From the sequence record OZ035849: 64,000 nucleotides of DNA. One strand, given 5' to 3'. This document shows positions 63,226 through 64,000 of the stretch, one piece after another (position 1 is the first letter of the stretch; every line of letters starts with the position of its first letter). Under the pieces are notes generated by a model. That model had not been told where the DNA came from. It saw nothing but the letters and a program-made list of their open reading frames with translations, and did no database searches. The stretch is from Escherichia phage vB_Eco_BGP. The position numbers and the translations under genes are program-made.

Positions 63226-64000
63226 TTCTTAAAATTCTGAACGAAATAGCATCTATTGGTTCAACTAAGCAGAAGCAAGCAATTCTTGAAAAGAATAAAG
63301 ATAATGAATTGCTTAAACGAGTATATCGTCTGACTTATTCTCGTGGGTTGCAGTATTATATCAAGAAATGGCCTAAACCTGGTATTGCTACCCAGAGTTT
63401 TGGAATGTTGACTCTTACCGATATGCTTGACTTCATTGAATTCACATTAGCTACTCGGAAATTGACTGGAAATGCAGCAATTGAGGAATTAACTGGATAT
63501 ATCACCGATGGTAAAAAAGATGATGTTGAAGTTTTGCGTCGAGTGATGATGCGAGACCTTGAATGTGGTGCTTCAGTATCTATTGCAAACAAAGTTTGGC
63601 CAGGTTTAATTCCTGAACAACCTCAAATGCTGGCAAGTTCTTATGATGAAAAAGGCATTAATAAGAATATCAAATTTCCAGCCTTTGCCCAGTTAAAAGC
63701 TGATGGGGCTCGGTGCTTTGCCGAAGTCAGAGGTGATGAATTAGATGATGTTCGTCTTTTATCACGAGCCGGTAATGAATATCTAGGATTAGATCTTCTT
63801 AAGGAAGAATTAATCAAAATGACCGCTGAAGCCCGCCAGATTCATCCAGAAGGCGTGTTAATTGATGGCGAATTGGTATACCATGAGCAAGTTAAAAAGG
63901 AGCCAGAAGGCCTAGATTTTCTTTTTGATGCTTATCCTGAAATTAGTAAAGCCAAAGAATTCGCCGAAGTAGCTGAATCACGTACTACTTCTAATGGAAT
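63222..64000 (+). CDS. 30: ATP-dependent DNA ligase gp30 (5' partial, runs off the window)
   Basis: MILKILNEIASIGSTKQKQAILEKN...; adenylation lysine context KADGAR; matches T4 DNA ligase N-terminus. Confidence 0.9.
   Translation, partial: MILKILNEIASIGSTKQKQAILEKNKDNELLKRVYRLTYSRGLQYYIKKWPKPGIATQSFGMLTLTDMLDFIEFTLATRKLTGNAAIEELTGYITDGKKDDVEVLRRVMMRDLECGASVSIANKVWPGLIPEQPQMLASSYDEKGINKNIKFPAFAQLKADGARCFAEVRGDELDDVRLLSRAGNEYLGLDLLKEELIKMTAEARQIHPEGVLIDGELVYHEQVKKEPEGLDFLFDAYPEISKAKEFAEVAESRTTSNG

Overview
This window reads as about 64 kb of a T4-like (T-even, Tequatrovirus-type) coliphage genome, co-linear with the T4 map from gene 61 through dam, 56, soc, modA/modB, dda, dexA, gene 39, rIIA/rIIB, denB, ndd, gene 52, motA and asiA, then the divergently transcribed late block t-38-37-36-35-34 on the minus strand, then rnh, 33, 59, 32, frd, td, nrdA, nrdB, denA, gene 63 (RNA ligase 1), pseT, cd, 31, rIII and the start of gene 30 (DNA ligase). 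All gene identifications are from my memory of T4 protein sequences and lengths plus motifs read in the six-frame track; no database search was run. More than twenty copies of the T4 early promoter architecture (GTTTAC, about 18 bp, TATAAT/TACTAT), several TATAAATA late promoters and UUCG-tetraloop terminators are visible. Differences from T4 as I remember it: gene 39 is one uninterrupted ORF (no mobA, no separate gene 60), segF and mobE are absent, td has no intron, and nrdB carries a group I intron with a full-length HNH endonuclease (I-TevIII-like); the tail-fibre tip is T2/T6-type (glycine-rich gp38 adhesin, gp37 with a C-terminal chaperone-like domain). The best candidates for something undescribed are: (1) a two-gene insertion between gene 61 and dam, a 186-aa ORF with a PD-(D/E)xK-like signature whose stop overlaps the dam start, next to an oppositely oriented 66-aa membrane protein; (2) a second, divergent Dam-family methyltransferase between nrdA and nrdB; (3) an insertion at the frd/td junction flanked by a duplicated td start sequence; (4) a 398-bp GC-rich ORF-free island after rIII. 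No CRISPR array, rRNA or convincing tRNA was found. Coordinates of promoters and hairpins may be off by a base or two.
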